Below, one piece after another: positions 21,390 through 30,759 of a DNA stretch of 64,000 bases. The position numbers were made by a program, and so were the translations under genes. The stretch's first letter is position 1; each line of letters opens with the position of its first letter. A model generated the notes under the pieces. That model was not told the origin of the DNA. It was given only the letters and a program-made list of their open reading frames with translations, and searched no databases. Source of the stretch: Steroidobacteraceae bacterium (GTDB lineage Bacteria; Pseudomonadota; Gammaproteobacteria; Steroidobacterales; Steroidobacteraceae); assembly GCA_017853555.1 (NCBI GenBank), contig JAFMJH010000006.1, positions 41,585-105,584 on the forward strand, written 5' to 3'.

Positions 21390-22745
21390 TCAGGACAGCC
21401 CCGGCGGACCGCCCCGCCCCCGGAACGCACCGAGCATGCGTTGCAGCTTGCCGCCCTTCATGGATTTCATCATCCGTTGCATCTCGGTGAACTGTTTGAG
21501 CAGCCGATTCACGTCCTGCACCTGCGTGCCCGAACCCGAGGCGATCCGGCGCCGACGTGAGCCGTCGATGATCTCGGGACGCCGGCGCTCGCGATGCGTC
21601 ATGGAATTGATGATCGCGATTTGCCGCCGCACCGCCTGATCGCCCTCGGCAGTCACCGGAGCCCCTTTGACGAGATTCGCGGGGAGTTTGTCGACGAGCG
21701 CACCGAGCCCACCCATTTTCTGCAACTGCTCGAGCTGGCCCTTGAGGTCGTAGAAATCGAACCGCTGCCCCGAGACCACTTTGCGCGCGAGACGCTCGGC
21801 CTCGGCCGCATCGACCTTGCCCTGCACCTGCTCGACCAGCGCGACCACGTCGCCCATGCCGAGGATGCGGCCGGCCATACGCTCGGGATCGAACGGCTGC
21901 AGCGCATCGACCTTTTCGCCGACGCCGAGAAACACGATCGGCTTGCCCGTCACCTCGCGCACCGACAAGGCGGCGCCGCCGCGCGCATCGCCGTCGGCCT
22001 TGGTGAGGATGATGCCGGTCAAATCGAGAGCGGCGCCGAAGGCGCGCGCGGAATTGAGCGCATCTTGTCCGGCCATCGCGTCGACCACGAACAGTTTTTC
22101 GTGCGCAGCCACGGCCGCATCGATGCTGCGCGCTTCGTCCATCAATTCGGAATCGACGTGCAAGCGCCCGGCGGTGTCGACGATCAATACGTCGTACACG
22201 CCGTTGCGCGCCGCGTCGACGGCGCTGCGCGCGATCTGTACCGGATCGCCATCGCTGCTCGAAGGATGAAAGCCCGCACCGACCTGCGTGGCGAGGCGCT
22301 CGAGCTGCAGAATCGCGGCCGGACGACGCACGTCGGTGCTGACGAGCAACACGCGTTTCTTTTGGGATTCGATCAACCAACGCGCGAGCTTCGCCGCGGT
22401 CGTGGTCTTGCCGGCACCTTGCAAACCCGCGAGCAACACGACATACGGCGGTTGTGCGCGCAATTCGAAACCCGCACGCGCGCCGCCGAGCAACTCGACG
22501 AGTTCGCGATGCAGGATGGAAACGAACACCTGCCCCGGCGTGAGACTCGCAGCGACGTCGGCACCCTGCGCTTTGACGCGCACCGCATCGATGAACCGCT
22601 TGACCACCGGCACCGCGACGTCGGCCTCGAGCAAGGCCATGCGCACTTCGCGCAAGGTCTCGGTGATGTTCTCGTCGGTGATGCGCCCTTTGCCGCGCAG
22701 ATTCTGCACGGTCTTGGCAAGGCGTTGGCTGAGGTTGTCGAACAT
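21390..22745 (-). CDS. ffh: Signal recognition particle protein Ffh
   Basis: GLQGAGKTT, DTAGRL, TKADGDARGG and M-domain SMT..ER. Confidence 0.97.
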   Translation of the reverse strand: MFDNLSQRLAKTVQNLRGKGRITDENITETLREVRMALLEADVAVPVVKRFIDAVRVKAQGADVAASLTPGQVFVSILHRELVELLGGARAGFELRAQPPYVVLLAGLQGAGKTTTAAKLARWLIESQKKRVLLVSTDVRRPAAILQLERLATQVGAGFHPSSSDGDPVQIARSAVDAARNGVYDVLIVDTAGRLHVDSELMDEARSIDAAVAAHEKLFVVDAMAGQDALNSARAFGAALDLTGIILTKADGDARGGAALSVREVTGKPIVFLGVGEKVDALQPFDPERMAGRILGMGDVVALVEQVQGKVDAAEAERLARKVVSGQRFDFYDLKGQLEQLQKMGGLGALVDKLPANLVKGAPVTAEGDQAVRRQIAIINSMTHRERRRPEIIDGSRRRRIASGSGTQVQDVNRLLKQFTEMQRMMKSMKGGKLQRMLGAFRGRGGPPGLS

Positions 22746-22812
22746 GGGCCCGCGAGTATAAACCCGGGCCCGGTCGGTGGGTTCTGTGCTATGAATAGGG
22801 CCGGAGTATCGC

Positions 22813-24123
22813 GTGCAAGAACTCACCACCCCCGCCCTGCTCTGGTTGCTGTTGTTGACCCTCGCCGTGACGGCATTTTCCTCGGGCACCGAGGTGGCGA
22901 TGCTGTCGGCGAACCGCTATCGCATCCGCGCCCGCGCGGCCGCGGGCAACCGCGCCGCGCGCGTCCTCGATCAACTGCTCTCCAAGCCCGACGACTGGTT
23001 GGGCGCGAACCTCATCGTACTCACGCTCTCGAGCGCCGGCGCCACCACCATCGCGACCATCCTCGCCGTGCGCGACGGTCACGAGTACGCCTTGCTGCTG
23101 CCGACCTTGATCGTGCCCACCGTGATGCTGATCTTCTGCGAGCTCGCGCCGAAGATTTTCGCTGCCGTGCACGCCGACGGCGTCGCGCTCGCGGCGGCAC
23201 CGATCTATCGCGCACTGGTGTTCATCTCGCGCCCCGGCGTGATCCTCGCCAACTGGGCGGCTTACGGATTGTTGCGCGTATTCGGCGTCGCCTCCGGCGA
23301 CGAGCGCGGCGACCAGACCCTCTCGCCCGAAGAGCTGCGCATGGTGGTGAGCGAATCCGGACCGATGGTGCCGCAGCGCCACCGGCAAATGCTGTTGTCG
23401 ATCCTCGATCTCGAGCGCATCACGGTCAACGACATCATGATTCCGCGCCAGGAGATCGCCGGCATCGATCTCGAGGACGACTGGGAGCGCATCCTCGAGC
23501 AGCTGCGCCAAACGCCGCACACGCGTTTGCCCGTGTACGAAGGCGACATCGACGCGCTGGTCGGTCTGTTGCACATGAAGCGCGTCGCGCAGGAACTCGC
23601 GCGCGGCGCGCTCGACCGCGGCAAGTTGCGCGACCTTGCCGAACAACGCGAGCCGTACTTCGTGCCCGACGGCACGTCACTCACCGTGCAGCTCGCCAAC
23701 TTTCAACGCGCGCGCCGACGCTTCGCGTTCGTGGTCGACGAGTACGGCGACATTCAGGGACTCGTCACGCTCGAGGACATCCTCGAAGAAATCGTCGGCG
23801 AGTTCACCAACGATCCGGCGACCATTTCGCACAAGGATATCCATCGCGAATCGGCCGACTCGCATATCGTCAACGCGAGCGCGACGATTCGCGTATTGAA
23901 CCGCGCGCTCGGCTGGCAACTGCCGACCGACGGCCCGAAGACCTTGAACGGTCTGTTGCTCGAACGACTGGAAACCATCCCCGAAGCGGGCACGACGCTG
24001 CGCATCGGCGCGCTCGAACTCGAAGTGCTGCAGATCGCCGACAACGCGATCCGCACGGTGCGCGTGCGACGACGCAGCGAACGCTCAGGCGAAGGCGCGC
24101 GCGACGGCGTCGGCGAGGCGTGA
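22813..24123 (+). CDS. HlyC/CorC family (CNNM-CBS-CorC) transporter, YfjD-like
   Basis: FSSGTE, IFCELAPK, CBS pair with HTRLPVY and VVDEYG, and EDILEEIVG. SD GGAG precedes the GTG. Confidence 0.9.
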   Translation: MQELTTPALLWLLLLTLAVTAFSSGTEVAMLSANRYRIRARAAAGNRAARVLDQLLSKPDDWLGANLIVLTLSSAGATTIATILAVRDGHEYALLLPTLIVPTVMLIFCELAPKIFAAVHADGVALAAAPIYRALVFISRPGVILANWAAYGLLRVFGVASGDERGDQTLSPEELRMVVSESGPMVPQRHRQMLLSILDLERITVNDIMIPRQEIAGIDLEDDWERILEQLRQTPHTRLPVYEGDIDALVGLLHMKRVAQELARGALDRGKLRDLAEQREPYFVPDGTSLTVQLANFQRARRRFAFVVDEYGDIQGLVTLEDILEEIVGEFTNDPATISHKDIHRESADSHIVNASATIRVLNRALGWQLPTDGPKTLNGLLLERLETIPEAGTTLRIGALELEVLQIADNAIRTVRVRRRSERSGEGARDGVGEA

Positions 24124-25431
24124 GACGCCGATCGCCGTGATGCCCTCGACGGGCTTGCGCGGCAGATTGTCCTCGGCGACGAGCGCGGTTTTGAATCCCT
24201 GTTTGGCCGCCTCGCGCAGACGCTCTTCGCCGTAGGCCACCGGACGCACCTCGCCGGTGAGCCCGACCTCGCCGAACGCGATCAACGTCGCCGGCAACGC
24301 GCGATCACGCAAGCTCGAGGCGAGCGCCAACAACACCGGCAGATCGCTCGCCGTCTCGCCGAGCGAAAGGCCCCCGACCACGTTCGCGAACACGTCGTGA
24401 TCTTGCAGCGAAAGTCCGGCGTGACGATTGAGCACCGCGAGCAGCATCGCAAGCCGCGTCGCATCGAGACCCTGCGCCACGCGCCGCGGATTTCCGAAAC
24501 GCATGGGGTCGACCAGCCCCTGAATCTCGACCAGCAGCGGCCGCCCGCCCTCGCGGGCGACGGTGACGATGCTGCCCGGTGCCACCGGTTGCGAGCGTGC
24601 GAGGAAAATCGCCGAGGGATTGGCCACTTCACGCAGGCCGCCTTCGGTCATGGCGAAGAACGCGAGTTCGTTCACGGCGCCAAAACGATTTTTGGTCGCA
24701 CGCACGATGCGATAGCGCGAGCCGGCGTCGCTTTCGAAATAGAGCACCGTGTCGACCAGATGCTCGAGCACTTTTGGCCCGGCGATCGTGCCTTCGCGCG
24801 TGACGTGCCCGATGATGAACACCGCCGTGCCGCTCGATTTCGCATGGCGCACGATGGTCGCCGCGCATTCGCGCAACTGCGCGACGCCGCCCGCACTTGC
24901 GGCCAATTGCGCCGAGTGCACGGTCTGGATGGAGTCGATGATCAGCAACGCGGCACGCGCACTGCGCGCGCCGTCGAGTATGGTCTCGAGGTCCGACTCG
25001 GGCGCGATCTCGAGCCCCGGTGCCGAGAGCCCGAGCCGACTCGCACGCGCCCCCACCTGCGCGGCGGACTCTTCACCCGTCGCGTACAGCACCGGCGCGC
25101 CGCGCGCGACGGCAGCGGCCACTTGCAACAACAAGGTCGACTTGCCGATGCCGGGATCGCCGCCGAGCAGCACGACGCTGCCGGGCACGATGCCGCCACC
25201 CAAAACTCGATCAAGCTCGGCCGAGCCGGCCGCGATGCGCGCACCGGGTGCGGCGCCGTCCGTCAACACGAGTGGCGCGCGATTGCTCGCGGCGCGTGGC
25301 GCCGCGCGCGCACCGACCTGCTCGCTGCGCTCGAGGGTATTCCACTCTTCGCACTGCGGGCATTGCCCTTGCCAACGCGGGGTTTCAGCACCGCAGGCGC
25401 GGCACACGAACGTGACTCGAGTTCTCACCAT
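24085..25431 (-). CDS. radA: DNA repair protein RadA/Sms
   Basis: C4 zinc finger, GDPGIGKSTL, KNRFG and GEVGLTGE. Confidence 0.96.
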   Translation of the reverse strand: MVRTRVTFVCRACGAETPRWQGQCPQCEEWNTLERSEQVGARAAPRAASNRAPLVLTDGAAPGARIAAGSAELDRVLGGGIVPGSVVLLGGDPGIGKSTLLLQVAAAVARGAPVLYATGEESAAQVGARASRLGLSAPGLEIAPESDLETILDGARSARAALLIIDSIQTVHSAQLAASAGGVAQLRECAATIVRHAKSSGTAVFIIGHVTREGTIAGPKVLEHLVDTVLYFESDAGSRYRIVRATKNRFGAVNELAFFAMTEGGLREVANPSAIFLARSQPVAPGSIVTVAREGGRPLLVEIQGLVDPMRFGNPRRVAQGLDATRLAMLLAVLNRHAGLSLQDHDVFANVVGGLSLGETASDLPVLLALASSLRDRALPATLIAFGEVGLTGEVRPVAYGEERLREAAKQGFKTALVAEDNLPRKPVEGITAIGVSRLADAVARAFA

Positions 25432-25486
25432 CTTGGAACGGATGCTAGCACGCGCCCCGCCCGGCCCCGAGTACACTGCGCGGCAA

Positions 25487-26233
25487 ATGCATTTCGATTC
25501 ACGACCCTTCGAACTGCACTGCGCCGCGCACAGCGACATCGGCCGCATGCGCCGACGCAACGAAGATCACTACGTCTGCGACGCGACGTTGCGTTTGCTC
25601 GCGATCGCCGACGGCATGGGAGGACACGCCGCGGGCGACGTCGCGAGCCGGCTCGCGGTGCAAACGCTATGCGATCGCTTGCACGGTGAGCCCGACTCGC
25701 CGTGCACACCGAGCGCGCGACTGCGCGCCGCCATCGAAACCGCCAACATCGCCATCCACCTCGCCGCCGCCGACTCGCAGCAACTCGGCATGGGTACGAC
25801 CATCGTCACCGCCTGGTTCGTCGATGGCGCGGTACTCGTCGCGCATGTAGGCGACTCGCGGCTCTACCGCCTGCGCGGCGATGAGCTCGTCGCGCTCACG
25901 CGCGATCATTCCTGGGTGCAGGACATGATCGACCGCGGCCTCTACACGCCCGAGCGCGCCCGCACGTCGCCGCGTCGCAATCAATTGCTGCGCGCGCTCG
26001 GCTCGCTCCCCGACGTCGAAATCGACCTCGCGATGCACGCCTTGCGCGCGGGCGATCGTTATCTGCTCTGTTCGGATGGTTTGAACGGCATGCTCGATGA
26101 TGCCGAGATCGCCGCACTGCTCGGCGCCGACGCAACGCCGCAGTCACGCGTGCAGCGCCTCATCGACAGCGCCAATGCACGCGGCGGGCGCGACAACGTC
26201 ACCGTCGCGATCGCCGACGTCCTCGAGCGCTAG
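25487..26233 (+). CDS. PP2C/PPM family Ser/Thr protein phosphatase
   Basis: RRRNED, ADGMGGH, MGTT, HVGDSR, CSDGL and GGRDN. Confidence 0.92.
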   Translation: MHFDSRPFELHCAAHSDIGRMRRRNEDHYVCDATLRLLAIADGMGGHAAGDVASRLAVQTLCDRLHGEPDSPCTPSARLRAAIETANIAIHLAAADSQQLGMGTTIVTAWFVDGAVLVAHVGDSRLYRLRGDELVALTRDHSWVQDMIDRGLYTPERARTSPRRNQLLRALGSLPDVEIDLAMHALRAGDRYLLCSDGLNGMLDDAEIAALLGADATPQSRVQRLIDSANARGGRDNVTVAIADVLER

Positions 26234-27330
26234 ACCCACTCGCGCACGACGCGACGGCTCACGCCGCACAGCACTTCGTACGCGATGGTGCCCGCAGCGG
26301 CAGCGATTTCTTCGACCGGCAAACCCGGCCCCCAAAGACGCGCGACGCTGCCGCAGGTCGTAGTCGGCAAATCGGTGACGTCGACCGCGATCATGTCCAT
26401 AGAGACGCGCCCGGCGAGCGGCGCTCGTACGCCGTCGATCAGCACGGGCGTGCCGCTCGGCAGATGCCGCGGCACGCCATCGCCGTAGCCTGCGGCCACG
26501 ATCGCGATGCGCGACTCGCGCCGCGCCTGCCAGCTGCCGCCGTAACCGACGGTTTCGCCCGCCGGCACGCGTCGCAGGGCGACCACGCGCGAGTCGAGCG
26601 ACATCACCGGCGCAAGCCCCAAACTCGTGGCGTCACGCGCCGCGCTCGGCGAGACGCCATAGAGCGAAATGCCGGGCCGCACCCACTGCCCGCGCGCCGC
26701 AGGCCAAAACAAGATCCCGGCCGAGTTGCCGATGCTCGTCACCGGCGGCGTTCCGGGCCAGTGGCTGCGCAGCGTTTCGAAGCGTGCGACTTGCGCGGCG
26801 GTCATGTCGACCTCCAACTCGTCCGCACGCGCCAGATGCGTCATCAATCGCAGTTCGGCAAGCGGCACGCGCAAGCGCGTGAGGCGTTGGTGCACTGCGG
26901 AGAGCTGCTCGGGCCTGAAGCCGAGACGGTTCATGCCGGTGTCGACCTTCAACCAAATTTTGAAGGCGTGCGCGCCCGAATACGCTTCGAGCCAGGCAAG
27001 CTGGGATTCGTCGTGCACGACGATCTCGAGGGCGTGACGTGCGGCCTCGGCAAGCTGACCTGCGTCGAAGACGCCCTCGAGCAATACGATCGGTGAATGT
27101 ATGCCCGCCGCACGCAGTTCGAGCGCTTCGTCGAGCCGCGCCACCGCGTACGCATCGGCGCGCGATTCGGCGTCGCCCGACGCAAGGGTCGCGGCGACGT
27201 CCGTGATGCCGTGTCCGTAGGCGTTGGCTTTGATCACCGCCATCACGCGCGCGCCCTGCGCCGCACGGCGCAAGGTGCGCAGATTGGCACGCAGCGCTTC
27301 GCGGTCGATCAGGGCGCGGATCGGACTCAC
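26230..27330 (-). CDS. alr: Alanine racemase
   Basis: AVIKANAYGHG, DTGMNRLG, GYGDG and GRVSMD. Confidence 0.96.
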   Translation of the reverse strand: MSPIRALIDREALRANLRTLRRAAQGARVMAVIKANAYGHGITDVAATLASGDAESRADAYAVARLDEALELRAAGIHSPIVLLEGVFDAGQLAEAARHALEIVVHDESQLAWLEAYSGAHAFKIWLKVDTGMNRLGFRPEQLSAVHQRLTRLRVPLAELRLMTHLARADELEVDMTAAQVARFETLRSHWPGTPPVTSIGNSAGILFWPAARGQWVRPGISLYGVSPSAARDATSLGLAPVMSLDSRVVALRRVPAGETVGYGGSWQARRESRIAIVAAGYGDGVPRHLPSGTPVLIDGVRAPLAGRVSMDMIAVDVTDLPTTTCGSVARLWGPGLPVEEIAAAAGTIAYEVLCGVSRRVVREWV

Positions 27331-27332
27331 GA

Positions 27333-28709
27333 TCAGCGCAGCACGCCCTCGGCGTACGAGTCGGGTGCGTAATTGATGAAGCGCGAATACTGGCCCTGGA
27401 AGGTCAGCAGGAAGGTGCCGGTTTCACCGTTGCGGTGCTTGGCGAGATCGATCTCGGCGATGCCCTTCTTGGTGGTGTTCTTGTCGTAGACCTCTTCACG
27501 GTAGATGAGGAGGATCATGTCGGCGTCCTGTTCGATGGCGCCGGACTCGCGCAGGTCCGACATCACGGGCTTCTTGTCCACCCGTTGCTCGACGCCGCGG
27601 TTGAGCTGCGACAACGCGATCACCGGCACCTTCAATTCTTTGGCCAACGCCTTCAGGCCGCGCGAGATCTCCGCGATTTCGGTGGCGCGGTTTTCTTTGG
27701 TGCCCGGCACCTGCATCAGCTGCAGGTAGTCGACCACCACGAGCCCGAGGCCGTGCTCGCGACTGACGCGACGCGCGCGCGCCCGCAATTCGGTGGGCGT
27801 GAGGCCCGGCGTCTCGTCGATGAAGATTTTCGCTTCACCGAGCTGCCCCGCAGCGCCGGTGATGCGCGGCCAATCTTCGTCCGAAATCTTGCCGCTGCGG
27901 ATGTGCGACAGACTCACCCGCCCGATCGACGAGAGCATGCGCGTCATCAGCTGCTCGGAGGGCATTTCCATGGAGAAAATCGCGACCGACGCTTTGACGC
28001 CGCTCTTGAGCGCCGCGTACTCGGCCATGTTCACGGCGAACGTGGTTTTACCCATCGACGGACGCCCGGCGACGACGACCAGATCGCCCGCTCGCAAACC
28101 GCCCGTCTTGCGATCGAATTCGTCGAAGCCCGTCGGCAGGCCGCGCAAACCGTCCGGGTTGTTGTGCCAATCGTCGATCTTGTCGATCAAGCCCTGCATC
28201 ATCGAGCTGACCGACACCGCACCTTCGCTGCGACCGCGCGTGCCCTGTTCGGCGATCGCGAACACGCGTCCTTCGGCCGAATCGACGAGTTCGCGCGCCG
28301 TCTCGCCTTCGTTGTTGAATACCGATGCGGCGATCTCGGTGCCGGCGTTCAGCAACTGACGCAGCAACGAGCGCTCGCGAACGATATCGGCATAGGCACG
28401 CACGTTGGCCGCCGTCGGCGTGTCACGTGCGAGCGTGGCGAGATAGGCCAAGCCGCCGCTCGCCTCGAGTTGCCCCGTGCGTTCGAGTTGCTCGCTGACC
28501 GTGACGGCATCGCAAGGCTTGCCCTGCGTGGCCAACTGCCCGATGGCGTCGAAGATGATGCGATGGTCGGGACGGTAGAAGTCGTCGCTGCGCACTGCGT
28601 CAGCGACGTTGTCCCAAGCGGACGAGTCGAGGAGCAGTCCGCCCAAAACGGACTGCTCCGCCTCGATCGAGTGCGGCGGCGTGCGAACTTCTCCGCCGCG
28701 TGCGTTCAC
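27333..28709 (-). CDS. dnaB: Replicative DNA helicase DnaB
   Basis: PPHSIEAEQSVLG, GRPSMGKT, DYLQL and SDLRESGAIEQDAD. Confidence 0.98.
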   Translation of the reverse strand: MNARGGEVRTPPHSIEAEQSVLGGLLLDSSAWDNVADAVRSDDFYRPDHRIIFDAIGQLATQGKPCDAVTVSEQLERTGQLEASGGLAYLATLARDTPTAANVRAYADIVRERSLLRQLLNAGTEIAASVFNNEGETARELVDSAEGRVFAIAEQGTRGRSEGAVSVSSMMQGLIDKIDDWHNNPDGLRGLPTGFDEFDRKTGGLRAGDLVVVAGRPSMGKTTFAVNMAEYAALKSGVKASVAIFSMEMPSEQLMTRMLSSIGRVSLSHIRSGKISDEDWPRITGAAGQLGEAKIFIDETPGLTPTELRARARRVSREHGLGLVVVDYLQLMQVPGTKENRATEIAEISRGLKALAKELKVPVIALSQLNRGVEQRVDKKPVMSDLRESGAIEQDADMILLIYREEVYDKNTTKKGIAEIDLAKHRNGETGTFLLTFQGQYSRFINYAPDSYAEGVLR

Positions 28710-28716
28710 CCGAGGA

Positions 28717-29166
28717 TCACTCCTCGGCGACGATGGTCACCGCCAACTGCACATCGACGTCGGTGTGCAGATGCAGGACGACCTGATGCTCACCCACGGT
28801 ACGGATCGGGCCATTCGGCAGACGCACTTCCGAGCGCGCGACCTTGTGACCCTGCGTGCTGCAGGCTTCGGCGATGTCGGTGGTACCGACGGAGCCGAAC
28901 AACTTGCCCTCGCTGCCCGCCTTCGCGGACATGGTGAGCTTGAACTCCTTCATCGCCTCGGCACGCGCGGTGGCGCTCGCGAGCTGATCGCGCGCGACCT
29001 TCTCGAGTTCCGCGCGACGCGCTTCGAACTTGGCGACGTTGGCGGGCGTGGCGAGCGTCGCCTTGCCTGCCGGCAACAGGAAGTTGCGGCCGTAGCCGGA
29101 CTTCACGTTGACGCGATCACCGATGTCACCGAGGTTGGCGACTTTGGTCAAAAGAATGACGTCCAT
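28717..29166 (-). CDS. rplI: 50S ribosomal protein L9
   Basis: [10 protein letters not shown] and GKLFGSV. Confidence 0.98.
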   Translation of the reverse strand: MDVILLTKVANLGDIGDRVNVKSGYGRNFLLPAGKATLATPANVAKFEARRAELEKVARDQLASATARAEAMKEFKLTMSAKAGSEGKLFGSVGTTDIAEACSTQGHKVARSEVRLPNGPIRTVGEHQVVLHLHTDVDVQLAVTIVAEE

Positions 29167-29182
29167 GATCGTCCCCTAATTC

Positions 29183-29431
29183 TCAGTGCTGATCCGTGTA
29201 CGGCAACAGCGCGAGGTAGCGCGCACGGCGAACGGCCTGTGCGAGCTGGCGCTGGTAGAACGAACGCGTGCCGGTGATGCGGCTCGGAACGATCTTGCCC
29301 GTCTCGGTGATGTAACCCTTGAGCGTCGCGAGATCTTTGTAGTCGATCTGCTTGACTTCTTCGGCCGTGAAACGGCAGAACTTCTTGCGGCGGGTGAAGC
29401 GGCTGCCGCCGCCCTGCTTGCCATCTTTCAT
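29183..29431 (-). CDS. rpsR: 30S ribosomal protein S18
   Basis: [16 protein letters not shown] and [10 protein letters not shown]. Confidence 0.98.
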   Translation of the reverse strand: MKDGKQGGGSRFTRRKKFCRFTAEEVKQIDYKDLATLKGYITETGKIVPSRITGTRSFYQRQLAQAVRRARYLALLPYTDQH

Positions 29432-29457
29432 GATTCTGTACTCCGCGTGAACTGCGT

Positions 29458-29865
29458 TCAGACGTTGTCGAGCGACATGTCGTCGTCACCGAGATCGTCG
29501 CGTCGACGACGCGGACGCTCGGACGGATCGCCCGAAGATTCTTCTTCTTCGGCGCGCGCCATCGGCGAAGGCTCGGTGACCGGGCCGTCCATCTTCACGA
29601 CCAGGTGCCGCAGCACGGCGTCGCTGAAACGGAACGCGCCGGTGAGTTCGGCGAGGGTCTTTTGATCCGTTTCGATGTTCAAGAGGATGTAGTGCGCCTT
29701 GTGCACCTTCGCGATCGGGAAGGTGAGCTGGCGACGACCCCAGTCTTCGAGACGGTGAACCTGACCGCCACCTTGGGCGATCATGCCCTTGTAGCGTTCG
29801 AGCATGGCCGGAACCTGCTCGCTCTGGTCGGGATGGACCAGAAATACGATTTCATAGTGCCTCAT
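29458..29865 (-). CDS. rpsF: 30S ribosomal protein S6
   Basis: [18 protein letters not shown] and [16 protein letters not shown]. Confidence 0.98.
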   Translation of the reverse strand: MRHYEIVFLVHPDQSEQVPAMLERYKGMIAQGGGQVHRLEDWGRRQLTFPIAKVHKAHYILLNIETDQKTLAELTGAFRFSDAVLRHLVVKMDGPVTEPSPMARAEEEESSGDPSERPRRRRDDLGDDDMSLDNV

Positions 29866-29922
29866 GTGTTCTCCTTGTGGATGTGAAGCCACCCGGCGAA
29901 GCACGGCCGGTGTGGCAAGGAA
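29866..29922 (-). promoter_or_regulatory. S6:S18 autoregulatory ribosomal leader RNA
   Basis: The minus strand reads CCUUG-[hairpin GCCAC.CCGGC/GCCGG.GUGGC]-UUCACAU-CCA-CAAGGAG. The anti-SD CCUUG pairs with CAAGG and a CCR motif sits in the internal loop, matching the architecture of the E. coli rpsF leader. Confidence 0.8.
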
Positions 29923-29944
29923 TTCCCGAAAAATCGGGCCGCGC

Positions 29945-29973
29945 ACTATATCCAAACCTCCCCGCCCGGGCAA
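29945..29973 (-). promoter_or_regulatory. sigma70 promoter of rpsF-rpsR-rplI
   Basis: TTGCCC-17-TATAGT on the minus strand, followed by a GC-rich discriminator. Confidence 0.6.
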
Positions 29974-30006
29974 CAAGCCCGCAGAATCAGCAGGTTGCGA
30001 GGCTAG

Positions 30007-30759
30007 TCAGGGGGTCGTGCGCTGCCGGACGGCCTCGTAGAGCAACATGCCGGCCGCGACCGACACGTTCAGGCTCTCCACCGCGCCACGCATCGGCAGC
30101 GAGACGATCAGATCGCAATGCTGGCGGGTCAACTGGCGCAAGCCCGCGCCCTCGGCGCCGAGCACGATCGCCGTCGCACTTTTGAAATCGGCACGATCGG
30201 CCGCACGCGACGCCTCGGCGTCCGCGCCGACCACCCAGAGCCCCGCCTCTTTCAGACCGCGCAGACAACGGGCGAGATTCGTGACCACGGCAACCGGCGT
30301 CGTCTCGGCGGCACCGGCGGCAACCTTGCGCACCGTGGCGTTCAGTTGTGCGGCGCGATCTTTGGGGATCACCACGGCGAGCGCGCCGCAGGCATCGGCC
30401 GTGCGCAGACAGGCACCGAGGTTGTGGGGATCCTGGACGCCATCGAGCACGAGCAGCAGCGGCGCCTCGGCGTCGGCGGCGCGATGCGTGAGCGCGTCGA
30501 ACAGGCGTTCTTCGTTCCAAGGTGCCTGCGGCAGAATTTCCGCCACGACACCCTGGTGGGCCACCGCGCCGACCAGGCGCTCGAGTCGCGGCACGTCGAC
30601 TCGCTCGAGCGGACAGGAGGCGAGATTCGCCGCAGCGAGCAGCGCCGCGATCCGCGCATCGTCGCGGCCGCGCGCGATGTAGAGGCGCCGTACGCGTGCC
30701 GGATCGCGCTTCAAAAGTGCTTGCACGACGTGCAAACCGTGCACGTGCAACGTACTCAT
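30007..30759 (-). CDS. rlmB: 23S rRNA (guanosine-2251-2'-O)-methyltransferase RlmB
   Basis: HQGVVA, DPHNLGACLRT, GAEGAG and SLNVSVA. Confidence 0.95.
   Translation of the reverse strand: MSTLHVHGLHVVQALLKRDPARVRRLYIARGRDDARIAALLAAANLASCPLERVDVPRLERLVGAVAHQGVVAEILPQAPWNEERLFDALTHRAADAEAPLLLVLDGVQDPHNLGACLRTADACGALAVVIPKDRAAQLNATVRKVAAGAAETTPVAVVTNLARCLRGLKEAGLWVVGADAEASRAADRADFKSATAIVLGAEGAGLRQLTRQHCDLIVSLPMRGAVESLNVSVAAGMLLYEAVRQRTTP

Noticed and set aside
21594..24140. 848-aa + strand ORF and the many other Arg/Ala-rich alternative ORFs in the track
   Set aside because: These are off-frame or antisense to well-supported genes (here ffh and the CorC-family gene), with low-complexity composition.
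27333..28709. Intein in DnaB or RadA
   Set aside because: Both proteins are normal length with contiguous motifs.
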